Below, one piece after another: positions 38,722 to 51,950 of a stretch of DNA of 64,000 bases; position 1 is the stretch's first letter; each line of letters starts with the position of its first letter. The stretch is from assembly GCA_965235115.1 (NCBI GenBank), contig OZ249436.1:29514001-29578000 (forward strand), read 5' to 3'. The stretch comes from Laetmonice hystrix (Eukaryota). A program made the position numbers and the translations under genes. The notes under the pieces are model-generated. The model was not told the origin of the DNA. It worked only from the letters and a program-made list of their open reading frames with translations, and made no database searches.

Positions 38722-39415
38722 CAGGTTGGCAAAAACACGGGTTTTAAGCTTATTGCCCAGCCCAGTGGGTTTTACCGGGTTTACCCGGGTTTTACGGGTA
38801 ATACTGGGTTTTATGACAATGTCACGCTTCCCCTGGTCCAACTAAAGTGGTACGGTAAACATTTAAAACATTCATAATATTTTTCATTCAAAAAATATTC
38901 ATGAGAATGTACTAAATTGATACACACTGGAACCCGTGAGTCTGGTCTGATTGTATCATTGTAAAGAGTAGATAATCCCTGTCCTATACTCCAGACCGTC
39001 TGGCAACTCATGACTACACTGAATCAATGGAATACACTGGAATCAGTGAACCGGTAAAGAGAGGGGTGCACCTGTGCCTTCTAGCTCCTCTGTGTATACT
39101 GACTGCCTTGTCTAAACTCTACATGGTACCTAGTCAGATTTTATAGGTAGGCCTCTGAATATAATGTCCTGCAACTGAGAAATTTTCAGTCAGTGTGTAT
39201 CAGTACTTGACTGTATAGCTATTCAGGTACTGACCTACCAGTATGAAGCATAGAGACCCTGTTTGGCAATTTTTTTCCATTTTTTGAGAATTGTTATTGT
39301 ATATGATTTTGTTGTTATTGCCCAGTATTGCCCACTTAGCTGATTTTAGGGATATTGCCCAGCCCGGGTTTTCACGGACATTATTACCCGCCCGGGTATT
39401 GCCCGGCCAACCCTG
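38722..39415. mobile_element. hAT-like MITE with 8-bp TSD
   Basis: Ends caggttggc ... gccaaccctg, subterminal attgccc/gggtttt motifs, flanks ctggcaaa and ctggcaag. Confidence 0.8.
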
Positions 39416-39669
39416 CTGGCAAGCGCTGCTAGGTAGAAAGGTCACAAGTTTTGACGGTTTTATACTTTTTTGATGGTTTTCAAATGGTCATACAAGAAAG
39501 ATTCCTTAAATCTGCTTATTAAATTACATACCGGACAAAAAAAAATATCTCTAGTTTCTTTTGCAACAGAGGTCAGAAAAGCTAAGCTTACTTTTGGTTA
39601 CACATCTACGATCTAGTTCCCGACTTGGTGAAAAGGTTAGGCTACCGGAGCTGTCCTTGCTTCAACTTC

Positions 39670-41375
39670 CAACGAAGGGCTACAAGAATGATCCCAGGCC
39701 TCAGAGGCCTTGATTACGGACAGCGTCTAGCCAGGCTACACCTCCCCACACTTTCCTATCGGAGGCTGAGGGGGGATATGGTCGATTCTCACCAACTGTC
39801 GACAACTGGAAATTCTCATTTCTGTTCTAAATAAATCTTTCAAAGTTATTTACTTTTGATTTCCCCCTATTCCATCGTATCCGACGTGTCGAGATCTTCA
39901 CAAGGAACCCTACATTTGCATATCTATCATCAAAATCAAGGGAGATAGAGCAAAATTAAACACCAGGAAAGGCCATTTTTTCACAAAAATCGCACAGATC
40001 ATATAGTTTAAAGCATCTACGATAAGAAAAAATAAAACGAATGTAAGTTTTTTGATGATATTCAAGTAGTCTAAGGATTAAAGATATATTTTTTGTCTGT
40101 GCATCATGGGAATATTATTATGGAGATACACTGAGTGACTTGATAATGATTGTGTAATTTTTAGTAGTTACCCGTCATGCTTTAATCAGCTGTCCCTGGT
40201 TCTCTCCAAATATAAGGTGCACACGAAAAAAATGTGCTATCATAATGTTTAATACCTCTATATGTATGAAGGTAAAAATAGAGAGAAAATACCTTAAACA
40301 TTGAACATGGTTCTCATGGACTTCTAAAACAATGGTTTGGTGTAGTTTTCTCGTAGTTACCCGTATGCACTTTACTATTGTACATCTCGTGTAGTTTTCA
40401 CATTTAATTATCTGTGGTCTGCCTATAATATCTTTATAATGTAAGGGACAATATGTGAAAATGATGAAATTGTACAAGCCCTGTAATGGTCAGTACAGAG
40501 GTCAAGGTAACCAGCGTGGTTACCCGTCACGCGTGGTTACCCGTATCCCCCTGATGGTAATGCATGGAAATAGTCTGTGCCCGCCACCTATCGACGAGAT
40601 GTGAAAGTATTACGTCAGAAACAGACGTCAAACAACGTCGTTAGGTGTTTGCGGTCGTTTCACCGGCAAGTCTAGTCAACTTATGGTGTCACGGGTAACT
40701 ACGGGGCGTACGGGTAACTACGGGGCGTACGGGTAACTACAGTCTTTTAGGGAGGAAAACTGATGTAATAGAAGCTTCGCTGGTGGTATTACTTTGTTTT
40801 AACCTATCAGATATTTGAGTTCTTTATATTTTTATCCAGATATGCCACGAACAAAACCGAAATACATTTACGTAGGTTTAGGGGCATACGGGTAACTACA
40901 CAGAATCCTTTGCTCTGTTGCCATGGTTACAGTTTTATGATTTAATGTTCCCAACTTAGCCTGTGGATACCCTAACCCCTGTACTCTGTGCACACAAAAG
41001 ATTTTTATTATTATACCAAATTTATTTTTTACCCCATTATATACCAGTTGTCGACAGTTGGTGAGAATCGACCATATGATCGAAACATACAAAATATTAA
41101 CCGGGAAGTATGACAGCGACGTTACAGAAGGATTTCTAAAACTCAGACAGGATAGCAACACAAGAGGACACAGCCTAAAAATTTACAAGGAGAGGCCCAG
41201 ATTAGACTGCAGAAAATACTCCTTCTCTTAGTCTTACAGTTACACTAAGTTACAGATTAGCAGATCCCTGGAATAGTCTACAGTACAGAACGTAGATCTA
41301 GTACAATCACCAACAACAGCAGCTTTTGAAAGGAGACTAGACAAATTCTGGGAAGATCACGATTTAATGTACCCG
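39670..41375 (+). pseudogene. CR1-clade LINE ORF2 3' fragment, split by a DNA transposon
   Basis: QRRATRMIPGLRGLDYGQRLARLHLPTLSYRRLRGDM rejoins IETYKILTGKYD...TRGHSLKIYKERPRLDCRKYSFS...WNSL...AFERRLDKFW once 39780-41077 is removed; typical CR1 ORF2 C-terminus. Confidence 0.9.
39780..41073. mobile_element. Non-autonomous TIR element (1294 bp), 30-bp perfect TIR, ATAT TSD (Sola-like)
   Basis: atat|ggtcgattctcaccaactgtcgacaactgg ... ccagttgtcgacagttggtgagaatcgacc|atat; internal gtagttacccgt motifs on the left half and acgggtaactac on the right half. Confidence 0.9.
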
Positions 41376-43289
41376 GTACAACTTCCGAGCCCCCCCCCCC
41401 CCCCCCCCCCCCCCCACTCTTAAGCATGCACAATCAATGAGTAACACTACCAGTTGCGAGCTGGCACTAGAGCCGGTGTGCGTCCATTTCGGCTGCCTGC
41501 CGGTTCGGCGTAGCAAAGGGACCTAGGCCTAGATCAGCCAGAAGAGGACCAGTCGGTCCAGTGCAGTGTAACTTGTAGAACAGTAAACCAGGCTGGGGAA
41601 GTAAACTTTTCAAACCAGATTTCCTTTATTACATTTTATAGTACCATATAAATGAAACAAAATTCCACCTGCATGATTCTTAGACACTACTTCACTAACC
41701 TACTATTTCAGATCAATCTGAAACATCCTAATTTCCGATGCTGAATGCATTTCTGCTGCACAGAAAGACGATGGCGATGCGGCTTAAAATCCAACTTCAA
41801 CTTGACCTTGGTAGGCTTGGACTGCAGTGGTGGCGCGAACTAAATCACACCACACACTGACTCACTCTGCACTCTGTACAGTGGGTTCCTACCTTAGGCT
41901 ACATGAACACCTGAACTAGATACACGATCGTGTATGAAAATTTCCGAAAATTGTTGAAATCATTACTATGGAATTTGGCAAACTGGGGAACCGATGGTCG
42001 GCACGTGAGGTTTTGTTTACGGTAAATAGGGCGCCGAAGTCTCGTGACACAGTTACGGATTTTCTGGATAGGAGGTACAAATGGAGCGTCAATGTTGACA
42101 CACAATTGTTGCGTCACAAATTTCCCCATTGGTTTAACATAGGATGAAGAGACATCGTTCCAAAGATCGGCCTAGTCTTGAAGATTTTTGTGTTGTTTTG
42201 TATAAAAGTTATATATTCAAGCATAAAACAGGTTGATACAAATATCTGGGAAGGTTTCATTACAAAGGGCAGGATAATTAAAGAGAAATCACGAGTTGAA
42301 GTTGGCAGTCGCCGTCCCCTATGGCCAGCGCAATGCTAAACAAGCGTGAGCGATAATGACGTGTCAACAAAATCGACTTTTATCGCGTTGTAACGCAACA
42401 TCTCGTGACCTACTTCGGCTCCCTATAACAGCCTCGCACCAAATTGGATAGGCCTCCCTTGTTTATTTTTAATGGACGATTATTGACCAATCGACATCTT
42501 CAAATTTCAGAGATCCCGTGCAGTGAACTAAAAAAGTATTTTTGTTTGTGCTTCTCAACGTGAGTTGCCAAGTTTGTAAGAACGGGGTGCTAACTTTGCT
42601 GTGGCTTTCCCATTATCGGAAACTGGCTATGAGCATCAGCCTGACCGCCGCCAACGGCATGCAACGGCATGTCCTGCGGTAGGGGCAGGGCTGCCAGTAC
42701 GGCAGTCGACTACAGTTAGGCCGGTGCCTGATGCCGTGATGGCTGCTTCAGTTCAGCGTTCAGGTTCAAGTGAGTGAGTGAGTGAGCAGCCTAGATATAA
42801 TAATTAATATGCTATACTATATAATATAGGCTACTACTACGAGGGTATTATATGCTAATAATTAGTATAGGCTAAATTGTATAGTATAATAGACTATAGC
42901 CTACACCTACTGGTTTGGGGAGGCTATGGCATTTAGGCGTCCAGTGAGTTTAATGAGAAATGGATCTAGACTCTATATCATAAATGCAGAAAACAAAGCC
43001 AAGGACTTAGTAAAGTGGCAATGCCGTTTGTGAAAGTCATTGAAGGTTTAAAAAAAAATTTAGTCAGCATCATCTTGGTTTCATGAACAGGATGGTTAGT
43101 TTATCTTAAATATCAGATTCCTTTTTACAATATTTGAAGCATATAATTGACATAAAGTCCAGGCATCCACAAATTAAAATCCCATCTCCAGTGTTGTGCT
43201 GCAGCCAGTAATGCCATCAAGAACTAATTACTGCTTTTGTAATGCGACTCTTACAAGGAATGGATCAATGAACGATTGAAAATCCCACC

Positions 43290-45050
43290 CCTGAGTGTCG
43301 TCGTCGTCGTGCTGCTGCCAGACTCCCAGCTCCAAGTGTCGTCGTCGTCATGAAAATCTCAAACTGCCACCTCCGAGTGTCGTCGTCGTCATGCTGCAGC
43401 CAGACTCCCAGCTCCAAGTGTCGTCGTCGTCCTGAAAATCTCAAACTGGCTGCTCAGATTTTTGTTCACTATAATATTCAGTTTGAAGCATAACAAAAAT
43501 TAATATAAAATGAAAGCATTTAAGGATTTATGAATGAAAATCTCATCTCTGAGTGTCGTCGTCGTCATAGTTCTGGTAGACTCCCAGGTCCGACTGTCGT
43601 CGTCGTCATGAAAATCTCAAACTGGCTGCTCAGATTTTTGTTCACTATAATATTCAATTTGAAGCATAACAAAAATTTATATAAAATGAAAGCATTTATA
43701 AATATTGTCTCTGAGTGTCGTCGTCATAGTTCTGGTAGACCCCCAGTTCTGAGTGTCATCGTCGTCACGTTTCTGCCAGACTCCCAGCTCCGAGTGTCGT
43801 CGTCGTCATGAAAATCCCAAACTACCACCTTCGAGTGTCGTCGTCGTCATGAAAATCTCAAACTGCCAGCTCCGACTGTCGTCGTCGTCATGAAAATCTC
43901 AGACTACCACCTTCGAGTGTCGTCGTCGTCATGAAAATCTCAAACGGGCAGCTCCGAGTGTCGTCGTCGTCATGAAAATCTCAAAATGCCAGCTCCGAGT
44001 GTCGTCGTCGTCATGAAAATCTCAGACTGCCAGCTCCGAGTGTCGTCGTCGTCATGAAAATCCCAAACTGCCAGCTCCGAGTGTCGTCGTCGTCATGAAA
44101 ATCTCAAACAGCCAGCTCCGAGTGTCGTCGTCGTCATGAAAATCTCAGACTGCCAGCTCCGAGTGTCGTCGTCGTCATGAAAATCTCAAAATGCCAGCTC
44201 CGAGTGTCGTCGTCGTCATGAAAATCTCAAACAGCCAGCTCCGAGTGTCGTCGTCGTCATGAAAATCTCAGATGGCCAGCTCCGAGTGTCGTCGTCGTCA
44301 TGAAAATCCCAAACTACCACCTTTGAGTGTCGTCGTCGTCATGAAAATCTCAGACTGCCAGCTCCGAGTGTCGTCGTCGTCATGAAAATCCCAAACTACC
44401 ACCTTCGAGTGTCGTCGTCATGAAAATCTCAAACTGCCAGCTCCGACTGTCGTCGTCGTCATGAAAATCTCAGACTGCCACCTTCGAGTGTCGTCGTCGT
44501 CATGAAAATCTCAAATGGGCAGCTGCGAGTGTCGTCGTCGTCATGAAAATCTCAAAATGCCAGCTCCGAGTGTCGTCGTCGTCATGAAAATCTCAAACAG
44601 CCAGCTCCGAGTGTCGTCGTCGTCATGAAAATCTCAGATGGCCAGCTCCGAGTGTCGTCGTCGTCATGAAAATCCCAAACTACCACCTTCGTGTGTCGTC
44701 GTCGTCATGAAAATCTCAAACTGCCAGCTCCGAGTGTCGTCGTCGTCATGAAAATCTCAGACTGCCACCTTCGAGTGTCGTCGTCGTCATGAAAATCTCA
44801 AACGGGCAGCTCCGAGTGTCGTCGTCGTCATGAAAATCTCAGATGGCCAGCTCCGAGTGTCGTCGTCATGAAAATCCCAAACCACCGCCTTCGAGTGTCG
44901 TCGTCGTCATGAAAATCTCAAACGGCCAGCTCCGAGTGTCGTCGTCGTCATGAAAATCTCAAACTGCCACCTCCGTGCGTCGTCGTCGTCATGCTGCTGC
45001 CAGACTCCTAGCTCCAAGTGTCGTCGTCGTCATGAATTTTTCAAACTGCC
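43290..45050 (-). repeat. Same 41-bp array in inverted orientation, right arm of the giant element (about 30 contiguous copies plus a degenerate inner part)
   Basis: ccgagtgtcgtcgtcgtcatgaaaatctc is the reverse complement of the left-arm unit; the inner part has a twice-repeated AT-rich spacer (about 43450-43545 and 43625-43710). Confidence 0.97.
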
Positions 45051-45658
45051 TGCTCACAAAATTTCGTGGGAAGTTACCATGGGGAAATAACCGTTTTTTG
45101 GTCATCGTCTCAGACTCATGCTTATCTCATCTCATGCCATGGTGAGTCTCGGTGGAGATCAAATCGGGGTTTTTTAGTTGAGATTGAGCTTTGGTTCAGT
45201 TGAGAAATCGTCTCAGTCGTCTCACTGGCCGAAAATGGAACAATCGTGACGACACAATGGGTGCAACAATCACCAGTCCATTGTGACGTAACAAAGGTAA
45301 CGAGCGATGCTAGCGCTTGCAGCGCTCCCTGCGGATTTTTCATGTCAGCTTTTTCTGGGTATGAACCCCAAAGGCTTAGAACCAGGGCGAGTCAAATGGG
45401 GGCACTTTACCGCCCTGTTCACGTTGTCACCGGACAACATTTGGCGGTACATCTCGACCAAGAGCACGGTCCACAACCACCAGGACGGTAGGACCGTAGG
45501 CCTACCCTCTCCTAATTTTGGCCGACTTTGACAATCATAAGGTGGCTTCCGACAGCATGCAGTTGGTAGGCCTATCGTAGCTGATTCGACTAGGCCTAAA
45601 CGAATCGGGAAAGTTGACCAAATCAACACGAACTATGTCGTGATTATTCGGCGATCCT

Positions 45659-45763
45659 GGTGCGTTTCTCATCTATCGTTATCCTGTCGTGCGTTAAAAT
45701 CCCATTGAAAATGCATTGGAGTTAACGATACGACAAGCTAATGACATGATGAGAAACGCCCCC
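45659..45763. mobile_element. Short palindromic MITE, Harbinger-like
   Basis: gcgtttctcatc ... gatgagaaacgc arms with ctg flanks. Confidence 0.55.
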
Positions 45764-47758
45764 CTGGACGCCCACACCAGCCTATAATCGTGAACAATGT
45801 ACGGGGGTCAGTCAGAGAGTGTGCAGGGGGTATAATTTGAGACTCTAATGTTCGGGAACGTGTATAGGCCGACGGCGGACATGGCAGTAGATTTTGTAGC
45901 GCCATCTAGCGGCTTTGGTATACCTCTCCCGGTTGCAATCAACAGAGGTCAGCACTGGTGCCTGCGGACGGCTGCTGATCGTCGTTACCAGTACGCGCGA
46001 GTGGCCTTTTTATAGAGTCGGAGAGAAATTCCGAAATGTTCGGAGAAATTATCATACTCGGTCTCACATACTCGTAACTGTGAAAGTTATATACAGAGGC
46101 TGAGATTATACCTTGTACTTCTCTTCTGTTTGTATCGGACCCAACTGACCATGCAGGCTTGAAAGTCTGAGTGAGGCGATCGCCTTTCTGCACTGACCAG
46201 CCCCCTCCTAATTTATCTCCTTTTTTTACTTTTACCATCTCTCTTCATCCTCAGTAGAAAAGCCATGCACCCGATTATCCCGTATAGCCTAGATTCCATC
46301 ACTGCATCTTCCTTTCTGAAGAAGAAGAGTGGAGAGGATCGAGGAAGAAGGAGAAGGAGAAAAAGGAAGGAAGAAAGTAAAGAAGAATGAAAAAAGTAGC
46401 TGTACATCTAGGCCCTATAGGCCCAGATGTGTCCATATTGGAGCAAGCATACGGCTATACCTGCAGCCCTCTATAGGAGGACGTGTCCGTAACATCTGTG
46501 GCCCGAGTTGATCTAATTGGTTCTGACTTGTACAAGCGTGGTGGGCCGAAAAACTATCGCAAAGTGGTTAGATTTGTTTCAGCTGTCACCAGTTGAACCA
46601 AGCAGGTTTCTTTCAGTCTAGTCTCCGCACATGATCCTCTAATCAAAGTAGAAAGCCAACATATAGTGGCATACTTTTTCACTAATTATACTCTCTTCCC
46701 TAATTATTAGCCTTTTTTTAATGTTGCTAGGCTGGCGACATCTGGACAGCGGAAATTTATGCAATTGTGCTTCAGGTACACATGACCTGCTGATAAAACA
46801 ACATTTTACTAATGATATACTTTTTTTCAATTCATTCATCCATTCATGCAAGTTTTCTTCATACTTTTCTTGACTCCGCATGTATAGACCCTACGAGTTA
46901 AACTTCGACATCTGAAAATAACTCTTCGAGAACACGTGCGATGTCTATTTGAATTCTTTAATTGCCCCGAGTGAGATACCCCAAGGTAGCGTGACACCCC
47001 GGCCAGTGACCCCGGCCGGCGCAGCCCGGATCCCGGCGGGCCACGACGGGCCCCGGCCGGCAGCCGGCCCCCTGTCCATGTCCATCACCCCGACCGGCCT
47101 CCCACCCTCCCACCGCCCGCCCGCCGACCTGCCGTATAGTTAGGCATGTAAGGTTAGCCTGTTGTCGACAGGCAGTAAGTTTGTCGGACGGCGGAACCCG
47201 TAGCCACGCCGCCCGTGTAACAAACGGCCCACCATGATCACTTGATGCAAAGGCACAGGGGCTAACCCCCACCTCCACGTACCCGCAGCCCTAGCCCGTC
47301 CTATACATCGTGTGCTTGTCCATCTCCATAGGATCTATCGGATCCCAGACCAGTCTGCGGGCGCACCCTCTAAACTTACCATGACAAGTGTGGGACCATG
47401 TGGGTTACAGGGAAAACAAGCGACATCAGAGAAACATTCTTTTATACAAAACTATAACTTTTTAGATGACAAGTTACTTTATGATCACACTAATTCAAAC
47501 AACGACCATCAGGCAAAGTCCACTGGTAGCGTTCTGTTGGGGAATCCTACTTTCAAGATGGTCCTTTCATATGGAAATCTTGTCAAGGAGTAGGAGGTGT
47601 AGGAGTTTTGGGAATGGGGGTCAGTCAGGGGCGGATCCAAGATTTTTCGAAATGGACGGCCGGCTTAAAGCGGCATGTTAAATTCCTTAAAAAAGTTGCC
47701 TTTTATCACCAGCAACACCATGTATGTTAAAATTTTATGTTTGAACGATGAGTGAACA

Positions 47759-48226
47759 TAGAAAAATGAAGTTATATATAACTGGCCGTCCCGTTACCGT
47801 TAACGGACCGGTGTCCCAATTTCAAATTACCCCCCTGTTCAGGTTACCGGGGGGTAACCTGAAGCTAGCTTCAAATTACTCCCCGGTAATCTGAAGTTGG
47901 TTTCAAAAAGCCCCTCGGTTAGGGTTAAGGTAAGTTTAGGGTTAGTTCTATTTGAATTAACGCGAGAAACATTTTTTATCCGAAGTTTATTTTTGAAACT
48001 TGAATCTGGGGAAGGGGGGTAATTTGAAGCTAGCTTCAGATTACCAGGGGGTAACTTCAATGGGGGGGGGGGGGGGTAATCTGAAATTGTTACACCGGGA
48101 TTCCCCAACAGTATGTACTTCCGTATGGTACAGTGGTCGTATTTAGGGCCATCCCAACGAGCCTCTCGTCGCAGAGTGTTAGGTCCGAACGGTAACGGAG
48201 CGGCCAGTTATAACTTCATTTTTCTA
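47759..48226. mobile_element. MITE with about 45-bp TIR, containing a nested element
   Basis: tagaaaaatgaagttata...actggccgtcccgttaccgtt vs aacggtaacggagcggccagttataacttcatttttcta. Confidence 0.75.
47808..48098. mobile_element. Nested MITE with CCGGTGT...ACACCGG ends and 2-bp TSD (CMC/EnSpm-like)
   Basis: ga|ccggtgtcccaatttcaaattaccccc ... gggggtaatctgaaattgttacaccgg|ga. Confidence 0.8.
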
Positions 48227-48983
48227 CTTTCACAAGCTCATTGTTAAAAAATGAAACTTTAACATAAATGTTGCAGAAGATAAAAGGCAACTTTTTGAGG
48301 AATTTAACATACCGCTTTAAGGAGGGGAATTTTCCTATGGTGGTGGTGGTGGGTGCATGAGGTTCGGAACTCACATTGGTCTCCAAGCGAGGGGGTGTTG
48401 ATCCCACAGGGGGCAGGATTCAGCATTACAAAGTTACAGAAGAACAAACTGTTACAAAGACAAGCTACATGAGGATGGCCACTCATGACTTCATTCATTG
48501 ACCCACTGTTTACAAACAGAAGTTTTGCGAACGATTCTGGGCCAGTCAGTCTGTATGTCAGTCTGTCAGTCAGTCTGCCCGACAATCAACCCACTACTAA
48601 CGAGACTGTATCTCAATGATCTGACCACTCACTATCGGACCCCCTGTTAATATTATTTATATTAACACATCGCTTCTCAGACTCCGTCCATTACCACTGA
48701 CCAGTCGACCAGCTGGACTCGGAAATACCGAGCGTGGGAGGGGAAAGGCCGGGGTCAAACGGCTGGCCTGAAATGTGTTAACCTCCCCGTCAGTGGGACT
48801 CTGTGTGGGTCAACAGTCTCTCTCTCTCAGTGGTGGATCCGGAGGGGGGGGGGGGGGTTAGGGGAGTTAATCCTTCCCCCCGGCAACGAATTTGTCTTTT
48901 TTTTCTCCATAGAACGTTCTGAATTGACCTGGCGGAACCCCCCCCCCCCCCCACTCCTCCTCTTACCAAAATCCTCGATCTGC

Positions 48984-48984
<1 letters not shown>

Positions 48985-49035
<51 letters not shown>

Positions 49036-49080
49036 TCTCTCTCTCTGTCTCTCTCTCTTCTCTCCCCTCCTCTCTCTCTC
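48985..49080. repeat. (CT)n microsatellite; others at ~50032-50070 and ~59576-59625
   Basis: Direct reading. Confidence 0.95.
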
Positions 49081-50022
49081 ATAATAATTTTTTCCGTGGT
49101 GTGGGCAGCTAGAAATTCTCCAGTTGTTCTGCAGTTGTTTTGCTTGCCGTTAATAAAAAAGAGAAAGTGACTTTGAGGTGTTGGGAGTTGTCAAACTGTA
49201 CGTAGAACCATTGATTGGTCGGGCAGCTGGACGCCAGGTAGCGCTGCGTGACCCTAACCTGGGTGGTGGGCCACCCGAGAGAAACCTAGCGTCCCGCATC
49301 CAAATACCTGTGTGGCCTGGCCCCGGCCAGTGCTTCGGCCATTCATTTGCCTGGGCATCTGGTGCTAGTATGTAAGAGGCATTCGGCAGTAGACACATGC
49401 TTGCCTAACCTCGCTCACCGTCAGCATGTGACCCAACAGATTGCCTTTGGTACAGAGAACCCACAGAGATAAATTGACAGCGACTCTTTTTATTCTTCTT
49501 CACCAGGAGTGGTCTTTAACTAGAAGCCGGGAGAGTACTATGAGAAACAGTTCTTTAGTTGATTGAATCAAATAATAAAGCGATGGCAGCTACATACAGG
49601 AAATAGTTATAATATATTATTAGTTCGTCATTATACCATGCATGAGGTAGGTTATAGGTATCAAAAGGGTATCAACATGATCAACGCGCAACACATAACA
49701 TGATACGAGGAATCTCCAACTCTTCATTCGCGACTGGCTGGGCAGATACTTTCAGCAGCGTGTCGGACTTTACTATGCCTAGAGCTGTAGACATCCCAAT
49801 ATAACCTTTCTTAATGCAGGAGGCGAAAGTATAATATGAAGTCATAGTAGGCGCACGGGATGAAAGCCAACTTATTTCCCATAGCGTTTCCTCTGGTTTT
49901 TTGACTCAGACTATTATCCGTGGGGCGGAGGATATGGTATACTTCTATTCTGACCTTGTGAATATGACGATAAGCACATGGCAAATATCATTACAGGAAA
50001 AGAGATATATTTCCTTTTTACT

Positions 50023-50063
<41 letters not shown>

Positions 50064-51950
50064 CGCTCGCTCGCTATAGTTTCAAGGACAAAAGGCCTTG
50101 TAAGTTCTAAATACTGTAAGCTTCTTTCTTCCTGTGTTAAGGCAGATTTACAACATTTGGAAACATTTTTTTGCATCTCTTCCCAGCGAGTGGGTGATCT
50201 TCGTAGAGATCATGAAAGCAGTTGAAACCGTTATTGCTCATCTTCAGCTGTGTTGTGTTTCTCCTCTTCTAGGAGTATAAAAGGAAAGAGGCGATTACTA
50301 TATACACATGTACTACTTTTTTTAAATCACATAATTTGCACTGTACTGTAGTAATATTATCTAACAGCCCATACAGTAGATATACCTAAACCACTGAGGG
50401 GGAAAGGTATATTTCTATCTCGTAACATATATATAACGCTGTTCCTTACATATTTTGAGGGAACCCATCTATACTCGATATTAATCTAAAAACCCCATGG
50501 GGTCCTTGCAACATGAGGCGTGTCGTAACAGTTACCCCAGTTCCTGATGTAATAAACATGTTTAACTTTGATACCATTGCTGTGTTATGTACCGCTCACA
50601 AACATTGTATATACCGGCGTGGTTAATGTGACAACACTTCTGGAAAATTCTCTACACAGCTTCTAAACGGATTAACAGCTTGCGTTATTTATTTATCCTT
50701 GATCGCCGAATCCACAGAGGTCATTCGTCATTTAATTTGAGGAGTGGATCGGTGTAGCAGATACAACGCTCTGAATGAAAAGCAAACGCGCTTATTTTGA
50801 TTTTTTTTTCATGATGCTGTTATTGTGTTCCTTCGCCACGTATACACCCTATACTCGGTTGTACTGCACGTCGTTTTTGCGAATTGAATGTAAAATATAT
50901 GTGACGATGCTGTACACCAGCGCTTCAATGATATATTTCGCCGACGAATATCATCGCCACATATTCTCAGGGTGTATACAGCAGCGTACGAGAATTTGCA
51001 TATAATCTGACCGCTCGCAATGCCTTATACGCCGGCATGGGTTATGTTCAGACTGCGGTTACCCCGGGTATGGACTTGCTCCGGAACCGCTAATCCATCC
51101 TTCTGGCTGGGATAACTCGGTAACCCATCTGGGCTAAGTTATCCCGGGGTAAGCGCGCTCACATTCAGGCTATGACCACTGCACCGGAGAAATTCCTCAG
51201 TGTGAACTCGACCTAACAGTAGCGGAGTGCGATACCAATGGACAGGCCATGTCCTATAGTATATTTTCATGTATCAAAGTAACATTTTGAAACAGAATGA
51301 CAATTCTTTTCATTCATTTCCAACCAATTTGCAAGAGAGTAAAAATAGGGGCTGTTGATATGCGATCAACAATAGACATTCGAACTACTGAAAACAATAG
51401 ACCTATAGGATTCCAATGATCTAAAACTGGTCCATTCTGTTGAAGTCTAACCTTCAATGCGCCATCACTCTCAGATTATACACTCCATATACCTGTCGAT
51501 GTGGTGCACTGAGCCTATAATATTAATGGCGATTAGATTACCCGCAACACCAGTTGATGTATAGTCCTATCATTTACGGTGCTTTCGTAGCTTATTTGCG
51601 ACAACGGCCGTTATTACGTATTTGACGATCGTCCTTATATCATCAGCCTATTTGCAGGAAAATGTTCTATAGTTTGAAATACGTTCCATTATAGAGTTTG
51701 TAAGTGAGTGTTTGCGCACACAAATGATTCAGAGAATCTGACATGTGACATGTGAGTTACCTGTAACTTTTACCTGCATGTAATACAGCTGTATATTGTA
51801 GAAAAGTCTATTTGATCAGGGTATTTGGGCATGTATACCTGAATGTATGCCCGTGCGTTCTACCTGAGGGGAAGATCATGCCTGTTGACCCCCTGTTTTC
51901 TAGTGACTCAAATATCCCATAGAAAGTCACCAGGACATTTATAAACACAA

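Larger units (their letters stand above)
24675..45092. mobile_element. Giant (20.4 kb) non-autonomous foldback-type DNA transposon with GG...CC ends and an 8-bp TSD (Merlin- or MULE-like)
   Basis: Left end ggtacatccctcatggtaactttacacgaaattt vs right-end reverse complement ggttatttccccatggtaacttcccacgaaattt; gttttttg at 24667-24674 and 45093-45100; subterminal 41-bp arrays in opposite orientation. Confidence 0.85.
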
